A DNA stretch of 64,000 nt from Selaginella moellendorffii (Eukaryota; Plantae; Lycopodiophyta). The notes beneath the pieces were generated by a model. The model was not told the origin of the DNA. It saw only the letters and a list, made by a program, of their open reading frames with translations, and ran no database searches. The stretch covers positions 1 to 64,000 of the forward strand of contig NW_003314299.1 of assembly GCF_000143415.4 (NCBI RefSeq), read 5' to 3'. The translations under genes were made by a program, and so were the position numbers. This document shows positions 46,513 through 58,970 of the stretch, in pieces (position 1 is the first letter of the stretch; each line of letters begins with the position of its first letter).

Positions 46513-49500
46513 ATGGCGAGCGAGGAGTTTGTTCTTGATCCGAAATACGAGTTCTCTGCTCCTAGGTACCATGATTTCGTCGCCGGCGAGTCGAAGATGG
46601 ACATTGACGAGGCAGAGCACTGGTTTGAGAGCGCCAGGGGCTACGAGGATTCGCGTAAGTGACCTTCGATCTCTCTGTCTCTCTTTTTCTTCTCGGATGC
46701 TAAGGTGAGATCCACAGCTCACGCGGACAAGGCGAATGGCAGTGAGGCTGTCCCTAGCAGCGCCATGGACGACATTGAAAACATGGCTCCAGCGCCAGTC
46801 AAAGTGGTGCCGGCAGCCGTGATAGAAGCTCCAAAGGCAAGCCCGCTCAAGGAAATCTCTGTGAATGTGGTGGATTGCCCCTCTACAACCACGCCGTTTA
46901 AGCGGCCGCTTTGTTCCAACGCTAGCAAGCATGGCCAGGCTCTCACGGCGCCTAAGAATTCAATGCGAAGCTTGACAAGGTATGGATGGATTCTCTGAGA
47001 TTCTCACTGGAGCTGACTGATCGTCTTTAATTTTCTTAGATATGCTCGAGATACTGTAGTGAAGAAGATGAAAAAGAGTATCGAGATGGTGATGGGCACG
47101 GATGAAAACGCACACAAGAAACAAAAGGTGGAAACCGGATGTGTAAAGCAGGTAATGCATTCGCTTCTGATGTTACTGTTTAGCACTATCTGGTGATTGC
47201 CTTTTTTTTTGCTCCAGGGAGGAAAACCGGGTTCACCTTTCATGTCGCTGGCCGAGAAAGTTCTAAAGTTCCAGATTAAAACCCCTGAGAGATTTCGCAA
47301 TCACTCTCAACAGGTAATTTGATGGTTGCATATGCCGTGGCTAACAACTATGGCTTTGGTATGACTAGGAGTTGTCCACTTCTTTATTGCAACATCAAAA
47401 GTCGGCACTGAAGCTAACAGTACCAAAAGAACCGGAACTCGAAACTTCTCATAGAGCTCGGCCGCCAAGGTAGACCAATTTCTTTCTGCCAGACCCTACA
47501 ATGGTGACTGTTTCAGAGTTAAAAGCACCGCTGAACTTGAAGAGGAAATGTTGGCAAAAATTCCGAAGTTCAAAGCCCGACCGATGAATAAGAAGGTACT
47601 GTACTAGTTTTCACAGTTTCTATATCATAACGTCTGTGTCTCAGATTTTTGAAGCTCCTCATGTTCCTGCAATCTCAAAACGTAATGCACAACAACCAGA
47701 GTTCCAGGTATACTGTAAAACTTGACTAGATCAAAATTCCATATTTCATTTTTAGGAGTTCCATTTGAGAACTACGGAGCGTGCCTTGCAACACATATGT
47801 TCTGCATCGGAGGCTTCGGTAAGAACATATTTTACCGAAATGATTCGAATTTTGTTTGATTTGGCTTGTTTGGCAGGTATCAGATGTAAATGAGAGACGG
47901 AAGTCTGCTCCCGGCGACCTCAGAGAACCTCGTGAGCCGCAACTTCATACAGCTGCCAGAGCACGTCCAACAAAGTAGGCGCTAGTTGGATCGATGCATT
48001 TGTATCTAACATTTGCTATGCAGGGTGAAAAGTAGAGAGGAAATGGAAATAGAGGAACTACAAAAGGTGCCAAAATTCAAAGCACGTCCTCTGAACAAGA
48101 AGGTGTGAAACTGCTTGCAAATTCATCATCTCACATGTTTTTTCAGATCTTTGAAAGCCGAGGCGATCTGGGCATTTTCAGAAGTCAAAAGCGCCAACTT
48201 ACAGTCCCGGTGGTAAGAGTCTGTTATTAACTTTTCTCACGGTAGTTTTCCTCACGGTTCTGACCTTCGTAGGAATTTCATTTTGCTACTGAAGAGCGAT
48301 GTCAACATCCATCTAATGATCATGATACTACTATAACTGAAAAGCTCGAAAAGGTGAGTAAGCACACAATGCCTTGACTAGGCCAGTAATTCCGCTGCGC
48401 TTGGTGTTGATTAGCTCTCACTCCATTCTCAGGAGGCACATTATCCAGCGGGTCCAACTGTACCTCGTCCGTTCCACCTTGTGACAGAGGTTTGAGAAAG
48501 AAACTGCTAGTGCACTCACCTCCGTATTCTCTTGACAGCATCGTGGAGAAGCAAACAAAACGAGGTTCATGCAAGAGCTATTTGAGCGAGAACTAGAGGA
48601 GCGTAACTTAAGAGTCCCTAAAGCAAATCCTCTTCCTTTCACTACGGACATTCCAGCGGTATGTATGCACTTCTCCGTGGCTGGCCTCACCTACGGGCTC
48701 TTGCTCTTTTTGCTGTAGATTCCACCAAAGCCACAACCGAAGGACTGCACGAGACCCGAGCCGTTTGAACTTGAAAGCCTTGTGAGACACGAAGAAGAAC
48801 TTCAAAGGAAAGCCGAGGAGCTCGCCAGACTTGAGCTTGAAGAAGCGGCAATGAGGCAATTCCATGCTCAACCAGCTCCAGTCTTGTAAGTCTCATCACC
48901 CCCCTGCGTTTTCATCTCACCTTTCTTTGTTTTTCCAGTGACTCCGTTTTTATGCCCGAGCGATCACGCGCTCCTCTTACTGAGGTTCAAGAGTTTTGTT
49001 TCCGAGCTGAAGCTCGTGCTGCAGAGCGGGCAGAATTCGATAAAAAGGTATGTTAATTACATGCTCACTGCATTTTTCCTCATTCATGGCTGCTAGGTGA
49101 TGGAGAAGCAAAATCATTACAAGCACATCAGGGAAGAACTCGAGGCTGCGAGAAGAGTAAGTATAAGCGCGTTTCTCCTTCTCTTTGCAGCTCTTTGACA
49201 AGTGCTGCTACCAAATTACAGGTAGAAGAAGGCAAACTAGTGAAAGCTCTTCGAAGAGAGATGATCCCGCTAGCCAGGCCCATGCCTGTCTTTGGCAAAC
49301 CTTTCGTTCCGCACAGGTGCATAGCTCACTCAGCCTTCCCTCTCCCCATCGCTGATGAAGCTCTCTCTCGGGTTTGCAGATCCAAAAGAGAACCGACGCG
49401 AGCTATATCACCCCGGCTAAGAGTTCTCGACCGGAAAGAGCGCAGGCAATCGACGCAGCAGAGGCAATCGAACGAGAGAAGAAGATCCGTGGAGCTGAGG

Positions 49501-49545
49501 CGGGCTTCCACGATGAGCGCCCAAAAGAAGGCCCAGATGAGGTAA
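46513..49545 (+). CDS. TPX2: Canonical TPX2 spindle assembly factor (multi-exon)
   Basis: N-terminal Aurora-binding YEFSAPRYHDF..EAEHWF; repeated PKFKARP(M/L)NKK; EFHFAT; RAAERAEFDKK; LRREMIPLARPMP; ends QMR*. Confidence 0.9.
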
Positions 49546-51597
49546 AAGCAGTGACGGATCGAGATATTCATCCATCTTGGCTGGATCTCTCTGGCCACTT
49601 CGCTATCGATCTTCGCTATCGATCGAGCAGCGGGCGCTCCAGATTTGCGAACGAAGCCAACACTGCGTTGTCAAAGAAGAGCTTGACGTCGGCGTTCCAA
49701 GAAGTTGGGAAGCATGGTTGGACTTAGAGTTGACCAATGTTTGACTAGGTTCTTAAGTCTTGGACATGAACGCAGTCAATCACTGGATTGCACAAACTCC
49801 TTTGCATCCTGTTTGTGAAATTCATTAACTATCCAGATATTAGAAGTTTTTGATGGCTATAATCATATCTCAAACAGCGAATATTTCAAACAGTGAATTT
49901 TATGGTGGCATACCTGCCATAGTATTTATAATTTATTTTTACTACCAATTGCTATAAGTTAATATATTTGTAATATGAAATTGCTTCGGCTAATTTCACT
50001 CTCAAAGTGCTTAACGATTAAAAATCTGTTAATTCAGCAGCAGTACTAATAGCACAACTGATCGATCAATCAACCCAAATCAGCTCAGCATGGCTCAAAA
50101 TACTTTCCTTCACCGGTTGTGTTTGAGATTGCAAACATGAGCTTCCACTGTGTTGTTGTTGCTCATTGTACACTCGAAAGCAGCATTGCACTGAGTGGAA
50201 AGCTGGCTCGCTTCCTCGCACCGGAGCGTGATGGAGTCCTCAGCCGCCTATCATCCTGACATTTCCGGAAAAAATCGAATCGCGTGCATTTTCTTCTTTC
50301 ACAAGCTGTGGTCATAGAGCAGATTGTCGCGAAGAACAACACCTAGCAGAAGAACTGCAGCCGCTTCCGACACTCCGATTTGCGCGCGCGCTGCGCCCAA
50401 AACTCCAAATCAATTCAGATATTCATATTTGCATGTACAGTACAAAACAAATCCCGTATTTCGATTTTGCAAAATTCAGCCAGATCGCTGAGGACAAGAT
50501 ATAATCTTCCATCCTCTGTCCGATTGAAGTTATTTACGACTCAGTCTTCTCCACCATCACCCATTCTGCTGAAAGCCTGAACTTCAAAAACTTACTCAGC
50601 TCTGGCTTGCTCTCGAGGCTCTATTCCTTAGTCCCAGCCACTTCTGATGATTATTCCTACAACTCTGCTTCCTGTTTTTGTGCCTGAGAATGCCTCCACT
50701 ACTAATGAACTTGCCTCTACTGACTATGATTTCTAGATTATTCAGGTCAGCCTCACTCGGTTTTTACATCTGTTCTGTTTTCTTCCTCTCATTTCTCAAA
50801 TGAATGCTATTTGTTTTTTCCAGAATTTCAGTGCAATCTCAAGTAGCTTTTCTTTACCAAGAACTTCATCATCCACAAGTGATAACCTCTCATTTTTCTC
50901 AAGCTCCATATCAACTAGAATCCGCTCTCGCTTTGTCAATGCAAAAAAGTTCAAAGTAAAGGCTAACTTGCCACAAAGTGGTCGCTCCAATGAAATTTCT
51001 TCTGCACTGCCTGAGCTGAAGAAGAGAAGTGGAGGCTGATCAACTTTCTTGCCTTCGTGATCAAAAGACGTTTGTCGACATTAGCATGGCTGGCAGTTTC
51101 TTCCTTGAAATCACAGAACAACAAGTATCCAAACATATGCGCTATATCTTCATTCATGCTTCGTTTCATGTCGGAAGAACCACGTCGAAGAAACCTTGTA
51201 GACATCAAAGGCAGGTTGTTGGCATTCTTGATTGATGTGGGAAACCAAAAGATCACACTCAGCCATTTCTAACAGAGCACTCACCTAATGAATGTTGATG
51301 TCTGCTATACAAGAAAGCCTGGACGTCCTGTGACATCTTGTGCGTCCCTGGTGAAGAGGGCCAAGGATCGGTTCAAGGCCTCGGCTTTGAAAGTTATCTG
51401 TCCTCCCAATCCCGGTGGCGCGATCTGTCGTGGAGCTGTGGTGTCTGGCACGATGGCGTGATCGTTTCATGCGGTGGTGGTAGCGAGATGATAGATAGTT
51501 TGATGTCGTGAGATGAAATTTATACCTTTTGGAAAGAAATCTCGAAAGAATGTGAGTGAGAGAATTGAGTAAGAAAATCGAGAGTGTGAAGTATAAG

Positions 51598-52382
51598 CTA
51601 GAAGCTACTGGAGTGAGTGAGCATGCCTGTAGGTGTTCTTACGAGTCGCAGGAGCTCCAGGAGCTCTTGTTCTTCTTCCGCGGTGAGTGTCTCGTGGATG
51701 AGCCCGAGCCTCTCAAGAACGTCCGCGACTGTCTTGCTGTCTTTGCAAATCTCGTGCTCGATGACGATGGCGAGGTCGTGCTTGAGTGACTGAGCTTGGA
51801 GGTAGATCGCAGCCTGTGAGAAGAAGTAAGAAAGAATTCCAGAAGAAAAAAAAAATGGAAACTCACGTCCACGAGCTGGAGTAGCTCATCGGAGCTCGAG
51901 AACATCGCCCGGACGTCTCCACCGTGCTCCCAGTAGTGGATAATCTTCTCCAGCACCGCATCGTCGATGAGATCGGGCATGGAGATTTCACGCTTGTTGC
52001 TGTCGAGCAAATCCACCAGCTCGGCCAGAAGCTCTGATTCTTTGGCAGCGCTCTTGGGGAGCCGGATGCGCTTGCGGCTTCTAAGCAAGAAGAGCTCCTG
52101 GAAGAATCGACTCGATCGAAATATTTTGGGAAAGAAAAAGGAAAATCCAATCCAAGAACGCACCTTCTCCCATCCGGGATTGTCCCGCGCGTCAGGATGG
52201 ATCTCTCGCAGCAAGTTCATGATGAGCGCCTTCGCATTGCCGACCTATCCATCAAGAAGACAAGCGATCGCAAGAAATTTCAGTCTCGGCCATGGAAATC
52301 GACCGATCCGGCATGCGAGAGGACGATATTTCGAGAAAATTCCTCCCGATTTTACCTGCAAGAAAGGATCCCCTCTCGCCAT
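51598..52382 (-). CDS. Divergent SKP1-like (BTB/POZ) protein
   Basis: Spliced frame ..AAKESELL..ISMPDLIDDAVLEKIIHYWEH..ELLQLVDAAIYLQAQSL..ICKDSKTVADV..LTAEEEQE resembles Skp1. Confidence 0.6.
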
Positions 52383-52525
52383 CGCCTCCGTGCTCTAAAG
52401 CTCTTTCCCTCCTTTCAAACGTTAAACCTGAGATCGGACGGCTCATATCATTCTCCCGCCATCGACGGTCCAAGGCTATATAAAGAAGGGTGAAAGGTTT
52501 TGCGAAGGATTAGGGTTTAAAAGCT

Positions 52526-54623
52526 ATGGAGGAACATCGTTACTCACACAGAGTGCTCGCGCGATCGATCTTGACGCGCCCGGACGGAGGAGCTGCCCTC
52601 GCTGGCCAAACATTGTGCGTCGGGGGATGGATCAAGTCCCGGCGCACGCATCGCGGCGTTGTTTTCCTGGCTCTCAGCGATGGATCGTGTGCTTCGTCTC
52701 TCCAGGTACGCAAATCCCTCTCTCCGCAAATATTTCGTCCAATCTCACTGCGATCTACTCGCAGGTGATCGTCGATCCCGAGAAGGAGCTCGACACCGAG
52801 CAGCTCCACACTGGGAGCTGCGTGCTCGTGAAAGGAGAATTGGTGCTATCGCCGGGTAAAGGCCAGGCCGTGGAGCTCCACGCCCGAGAGTTCCTACACG
52901 CTGCTCCCGCCGACGCATCCAAGTATCCCATTGCCAAAACAAAGCTTCCGCCAGAGTTTCTAAGGACTGTTCTACATCTCCGGCCAAGAACAGATCTAGT
53001 AAGTTGCCAGTCCTTGAGATCGAGCTTCATGCTTTCTTTCTTGCACAAAGTTTCTTAGAAGTCTTTCCTTGAGCTCCAAGCAAAGTTGCAACTCTGTGTG
53101 TGTTAACTTTTTCTTTCTTTGTTTCCTAAGCTCGCGTTTTGCAGATATCGTCCGTCGCTCGCATTCGCAGCGCTCTCGTGCTCGCCACCCACACATTCTT
53201 CCAGCAGCAGGGATTCATCCACGTCCACACGCCAATCATCACAACCAGCGACTGCGAGGGCGCCGGCGAGATGTTCCAAGTCACGACTTTGCTCGCTCCC
53301 GAGAAGAGGGAACACCTCGTGGCGCCGACGCAAGACCAGATCGATGCTGCCAGGGAATTGGTCACCCGATGCGGAGATACTGTCCGGAAGCTCAAGGAGA
53401 ACAAGTCGAGCAGCAAAGCGGAGATCGGTGACGCCGTGAAACAGCTCAAAGCGGCCAAAGACGAAGAAGCCAGGCTCGTCAAACGGGCCGAGGACGGGGG
53501 TGCTGACTACTCGGCCGATTTCTTTGGGCGACCAGCGTTCCTGACAGTCTCTGGCCAGCTCCAAGCTGAGACGTACGCTTGCGCTCTTAGCAACGTTTAC
53601 ACTTTCGGCCCGACGTTTCGAGCGGAGCAGTCTCATACATCCCGGCATTTGGCAGAGTTTCTGATGGTGGAACCGGAGCTTGCATTTGCGGAGCTCAAGG
53701 TTAGAGGTTTCTCGTTTTGGAAACTTGATCCCATGAATTAAATTTGTGGTGGCAGGATGATATGGACTGTGCGGAAGACTACGTGAAATTCATGTGCCAG
53801 TGGTTACTGGATCGCTGCTACGATGATATCAAGCTTATGGACGACAAGCTCACTGAGAGCGGTGCCTTGGAGCGGCTCCAGAACGTTGTCAGTGCTCCGT
53901 TCGCGAGGATAACTTACACACAAGCAATCGAGATGCTAAAGGAGGTTCGTGATTCTCTGGTTTTCCTTTGCGTGATCTTTCTTACGCTGTACCTTCTTCT
54001 TGTAGGTGAAAGACTTTACCTTCGACACTCCAGTGGAATGGGGAATGGATTTAGCATCCGAGCACGAAAGGTATGTTAGAGAGAAAACAAAATCGATCTT
54101 TTTTTTTATGATCTTTCACTTCAGGTATCTCGCAGAGCAGCTCTTCCAAAAGCCCGTCTTTGTATACGACTATCCAAAGGCGATCAAGGCGTTCTACATG
54201 CGAGTTAATGACGATGGCCAGACCGTGGCAGCCATGGACATGCTCGTGCCAAAGGTGAGAAGCTTTCTTTCACAGGAGAAGCATAGCCAAAGTGATTGAA
54301 AATCGCGTTTTTCCAGGTCGGCGAGCTTGTGGGAGGGAGCCAGAGAGAGGAGAGATACGAGGTGCTCGTCCAAAGGTATGGCGGATTTGAGATTTTCGCA
54401 AGAGCCCTGCGGTAAAATGGTGTGTTCTTGATCTTGCAGGCTAGAAGAACTAGAGCTGCCACTGGATTCATACGAGTGGTACTTGGATTTGCGACGCTAT
54501 GGAAGCGTGAAGCACTCGGGATTTGGGCTGGGATTCGAGAGGATGCTCCTCTTCGTCACAGGACTAGAGAACATCAGGGATGTGATACCATTTCCCAGAT
54601 CTACTGGCAAGGCCGAGTTATAA
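52526..54623 (+). CDS. Asparaginyl-tRNA synthetase, cytosolic SYNC1-type with helical insertion
   Basis: [73 protein letters not shown]. Confidence 0.93.
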
Positions 54624-54787
54624 CAAGAGCTTGCATTTTTATAGTTCTTATAGTTACCGATGAATGGATAGCTCGCTCGAATAGATCACTCTCGTGGCGA
54701 TCTTCGCTTCTTTGGCTTCTTGATGGATGAATCTTCGCTGCCTCGATCGATGTCTCTCGGATCGCGCAAATGCCTGTGGAGGAAGAC

Positions 54788-54910
54788 TAGGGTTTCTTCT
54801 TGTCAATGCTCTTGGCAAGGCGCGGGAGGGAATCGTCGATCGATAGGCGTCCTCGCTGGAAATATCCAGATCTCTCGCATCAGATCGGCCTCACAGAATG
54901 CATCGATGAG
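54788..54910 (+). repeat. Diverged tandem duplication of the PPR gene's promoter/start
   Basis: CTAGGGTTTCTTCTTGTCAATGCTCTTGGC..GAAATATCCAG..CAGAATGCATCG occurs at ~54788 and again at ~54950. Confidence 0.8.
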
Positions 54911-54968
54911 GATCTTCCCTGTTCGATGGATCGGAGGAAGAACACTAGGCTAGGGTTTCTTCTTGTCA

Positions 54969-57095
54969 ATGCTCTTGGCGCGGCGCGCGAGGCAATCCTC
55001 GATCGATACGCGCTTCCTCGCTCGAAATATCCAGGCTGCTGCCGCTCCACAGCCGGATCGTCCATCCGATCGCCTCGCCGGCCTCGCAGAATGCATCGCC
55101 CGGCTCGACGATCGCTCGCCGGATGTCAACCACATCATGCTCCCGGGCCTCCTCCAGAGCTGCGGCAAGATGCGCGCTCTCGACCAGGGCCGCAAGCTCC
55201 ACGCCTACCTCGCCAAGCACGGCCTCGATCGCGAGCTCGTCCTGGGGAACTTCCTCCTCGACATGTATGGCAAATGCGGCTGCGCGGCCGACGTCGTGGA
55301 TCTCTTCCACCGCATGCGCGACCGCAATCTCTTCTCCTGGACGGCGCTCATCGCCGCGCACGCGCACAGCAACGCCAAGAAGGCCGGCGCCGCGGCAGTG
55401 CTCGCGAACAGCCGCGAGGCGCTCAAGCTCTTCTCGCGGCTCCAGATGGAGGGGCTCAAGCCGGATCGCGTCGTCTTCGTGCACGTCCTCTCGGCGTGCT
55501 CGGATCCCTCGCTGGCGGCGCAGGGGCGGGCGATCCACCGGATGATCGTGGAGGAGACCGATCTAGCGAAGAACACGCTCGTCAACAACTCGGTGCTCAA
55601 CATGTACGCGCGATGTGGGCGAATGGATGCCGCCTGGCGGCATTTTGAGAGCCTGGAGGAGAAGAGAGACGCGGTGTCCTACACGACGATGATCAATGCC
55701 TGCGCTGGAAGTGGGCGATTCCGCGAGGTGCTCGAGGTCTTCTCGCGGATGGAGGCCGCCGGGATGGAGCCCAACAACATGTCGCTCGTCACGGTGCTCA
55801 GCGCCTTCGCGAAAGTTGGCAACCTCCACCTCGCCGCCAGGATCTTCGCGCGGACGGACAGGAGCTACATCTTCCCCTGGAACGCGATGATCGCGGCCTA
55901 CGTCCAGCACGGGGACAGCCGCCAGGCGATCCGGCTCTTCGACGAGCTCCTGGCGCGGAGGATCGAGCCCAACAGCGTGACGCTCATGGAAGTCCTGGAC
56001 GCCTGCGCGAGCCTGGCGGCGCTCAGGGACGGCAAGCGCGTCCACGCCATCGCCAGGGATCACGGAGTGGATTCGGAGGTGGCGGTGGCCACCGCGATCG
56101 TGGACATGTACTCCAAGTGTGGCTGCTTGGACGAGGCGGTGGAGGCGTTCGCTCGGATCGAGCGACACGACACCGTCTCCTGGACTGCGATGCTCGCGGC
56201 ATTTGCCCAGCACGGGCATATCGATCGAGCGCTGGCAACGTTCCAGAGAATGCAAGAGCAAGGCCACAAGCCCAACTACGTCACCTTCGTCCATCTCCTC
56301 AGCGCTTGCAGCCACAAGGGGCTCGTCGAGGAGGGCCGCAAGTACTTCGATCTCATGACCGCGCGCTATGGCATCGCTCCAGACGCCCAGCACTACGCGT
56401 GCATGGTGGATCTCCTGGGACGCGCCGGCTACCTCGACGAGGCGGAGGACTTTCTCAACAGGATGCCGGGAGCTCCACACGCCGCGGTGCTCAAATCGCT
56501 ACTCTCGGCGTGCCGGAGCTACAAGGACGTGGACCGCGGCGAGAGGATCGCCAAGAGGATGCTCGAGAGTTTCTGGGACGAGTCCATGCCTTACGTGGTG
56601 CTGGCGAGCATCTACCGCGCGGCCGGGAAGTGGGAGGAGGCGGCCAGGATCCGGAGCCTCATGGTGGAGCGCGGCGTGAGGAAGGATCCGGGGCGCAGCG
56701 CGATCGAGGTGGAGGGGAGGGTCTTCGAGTTCGTGGCCGGGGACATGAGCCACGTCCAGATGAATCCCATCCGGGCCAAGCTCCAGGAGCTGAGCAGCGC
56801 GATGAAGGAGGCCGGTTATGTTCCAGACACCTCGCTCGTTCTCCACGACGTTGCCGAGGAGGAGAAGGAGCAAGTTCTTCTCTGGCATAGCGAGAAGCTG
56901 GCGGTGGCGTTTGGGCTGCTCAACACCCCGGCCGGGAGCCCGATCAGAGTGATCAAGAACCTCCGGGTTTGCAAGGACTGCCACGACGCCGCCAAGCTCA
57001 TCTCGGCGATCGAGCAGCGGCGGATCGTGTTCCGGGACTTGAGCCGGTTCCACCACTTTGAGAACGGGGTGTGTTCCTGCGGGGATTACTGGTAG
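54969..57095 (+). CDS. PLS-E-DYW PPR protein
   Basis: PPR array, KDPGRSAIEV, HSEKLAVAFGL, KNLRVCKDCH, CSCGDYW. Confidence 0.94.
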   Translation: MLLARRARQSSIDTRFLARNIQAAAAPQPDRPSDRLAGLAECIARLDDRSPDVNHIMLPGLLQSCGKMRALDQGRKLHAYLAKHGLDRELVLGNFLLDMYGKCGCAADVVDLFHRMRDRNLFSWTALIAAHAHSNAKKAGAAAVLANSREALKLFSRLQMEGLKPDRVVFVHVLSACSDPSLAAQGRAIHRMIVEETDLAKNTLVNNSVLNMYARCGRMDAAWRHFESLEEKRDAVSYTTMINACAGSGRFREVLEVFSRMEAAGMEPNNMSLVTVLSAFAKVGNLHLAARIFARTDRSYIFPWNAMIAAYVQHGDSRQAIRLFDELLARRIEPNSVTLMEVLDACASLAALRDGKRVHAIARDHGVDSEVAVATAIVDMYSKCGCLDEAVEAFARIERHDTVSWTAMLAAFAQHGHIDRALATFQRMQEQGHKPNYVTFVHLLSACSHKGLVEEGRKYFDLMTARYGIAPDAQHYACMVDLLGRAGYLDEAEDFLNRMPGAPHAAVLKSLLSACRSYKDVDRGERIAKRMLESFWDESMPYVVLASIYRAAGKWEEAARIRSLMVERGVRKDPGRSAIEVEGRVFEFVAGDMSHVQMNPIRAKLQELSSAMKEAGYVPDTSLVLHDVAEEEKEQVLLWHSEKLAVAFGLLNTPAGSPIRVIKNLRVCKDCHDAAKLISAIEQRRIVFRDLSRFHHFENGVCSCGDYW

Positions 57096-57160
57096 AACAC
57101 AGTGAGAGCCTGGTCGAGAAGATTCAAAGGAGCGAAGCATTACGAGTTTATAAGAACCTG

Positions 57161-58434
57161 TCAAGCGCCCAAGAGGCCGGCTCGCTGGTAAACGCACAGG
57201 GGGTGGAGCTCGTGGAGAAACTCCACGTCTTGGAAGCCGCCTACTTGCCTCACGCCCGTCCATCCACGCCGAGCTAGGAAGTCCTTGAAGTTGTCCTCCG
57301 TGAAGAGCGTCTTGTCCTCGGTGGCTCCCGTGAGACGATCGGACTCGTCGTAGAGGCAGACTTTGATCGTCACGCCTGGAAGAGCATTGTCATGGAGAAG
57401 ATCATCGCGAATGATGATAGCTACCTTCGTCCAGGTTGAGAATGTAGCTTCCCAATGGCATGTCGCGATCGATGCTCCACACGACGCCGTCTTCGTCCTC
57501 GAGCCAGAACGCTCGTTTGGTTCTCAGCCGGAAAGCAGCCTTGATCGCCTCTCGGATTGAATCCGGCGAGCCATCGATCCCTACGCGCCTCGTCACGCTG
57601 TTGTATCGGATAGTTATGATCTTTCCAGCGGGCAACGAGCTGCGCTGTGCTCCTCCCGCTACGTAGAGCTTTCCAAGAGTTAGAAGAAGAAAAGAATCAA
57701 ACAAGAAAACGCAAACCTTCTTTCCAGTTCCAGCCGTTTGCTACAGCGAGATCGTTGGAGGAACTGAGATGGTGATTTGCTTCGCTCTCCAGCCTGCTCT
57801 CCAGATTGAACTGGTTTCGCGAAGTAGTAGTGACTGAGAAAGAGAGAAAGAAAAGATCTAGAGATCAAACAAGCGAGGGAACTTCCATACAATCCAAAGA
57901 GAAAGTACCTTTGGGAGAAGTATCCAGTTTGCTGGGACTCTTGTATGGATTTAGCCGGGCTCTCTCGGACAGAAGATCTTCCAGTTCTTTGAAGCAGCCA
58001 ACCTTGTTAGCACTGCCACCTCCACCATTCTTGTCGTGGTGCCTCGCCTTCTTGTACTCCTTGAGCAAATTCCTCCACTTGTCGATACACATTGTGGGCG
58101 ACCTGTCGAATCCCCGCTCCTTCATCTTGCTCGAGATGAGATCCCACAGGTGCTTGTTGGATTTGCTCGTGTTGAACAAGCTGTCCATCTCCCGGCGATG
58201 CGCAATGAGAGCTCGGATCTCCTCCTGGGCCCAAGTCTCGGCTCTCTTCTTTGGGGCCTTGACGTCGTGATCGTCGCACAGATCGCCGGAGCCCAGCATC
58301 AATCCCTGCTGCTGCTGGTGCTGCTGTGGAGAATTCGATCTACGCGTGGCTGCTATCGTCGGTATCGATGGAGCCGGAGCCGCCTCAACGATTTCGGACA
58401 CAGGCCCTCCTCCATTGGCCACACAATCAATCAT
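57161..58434 (-). CDS. GT-1/GT-4-like trihelix transcription factor
   Basis: [40 protein letters not shown]; C-terminal [35 protein letters not shown]. Confidence 0.9.
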
Positions 58435-58722
58435 CCTCTCGCCTTGGAAGATTCGCGAGGAAATATCAAGAATCCCCTTCCCTGGAGCAAAATGGAGAGA
58501 CTCCTACCTCCCCGGATCCATCAGCTCCATCCCTGGATGCCCAGAATGCGACCAACGAGGCGGTAACGGCAGCGGCGATCCCTGCGAGAGCAATCCATCG
58601 CTGGATCGGACGAGCAGCGGAGATGCAGATCCATGGCGATCCAAGAACAACGCAGCCGCAGCGTGGAGATCGATCACACTCATCACAGGAAATAGAAGGG
58701 TTAAAAGAAACGAAATGCCGAA

Positions 58723-58842
58723 GGATATTCCGTCTGTTCCAACTTAAAAATACAGAATATCCTTTGACGGCAGGAGGATATTTATGTTTCATTAGGGCTC
58801 CGTTAATTACACAGAATATCCTTAAGCCCTTTAAGCATATTC
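58723..58842. promoter_or_regulatory. Cluster of four P1BS motifs (GNATATNC)
   Basis: GGATATTC 58723, GAATATCC 58755, GAATATCC 58814, GCATATTC 58835, plus a near match GGATATTT at 58776. Confidence 0.65.
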
Positions 58843-58970
58843 CCCCGCCAGCGTGGCGGGCTAGAAGCCAATAGGAGCTCGTCTCCTATCCCCGCCTTAT
58901 CTCACAGCATTCTATCACAACTTAATCGCAGCCTCTTCTTCTCACCGAGAGTTTTGCTCGAGGATCCGCC

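Noticed and set aside
46293-46604. N-terminal extension of the DPH1 ORF
   Set aside because: It overlaps TPX2 exon 1 on the other strand; DPH1 similarity starts at MAEEAS.
50030-51470. Fragmentary ORFs between TPX2 and the SKP1-like gene
   Set aside because: May be decayed gene or repeat pieces, but I cannot assign a product or consistent frame.
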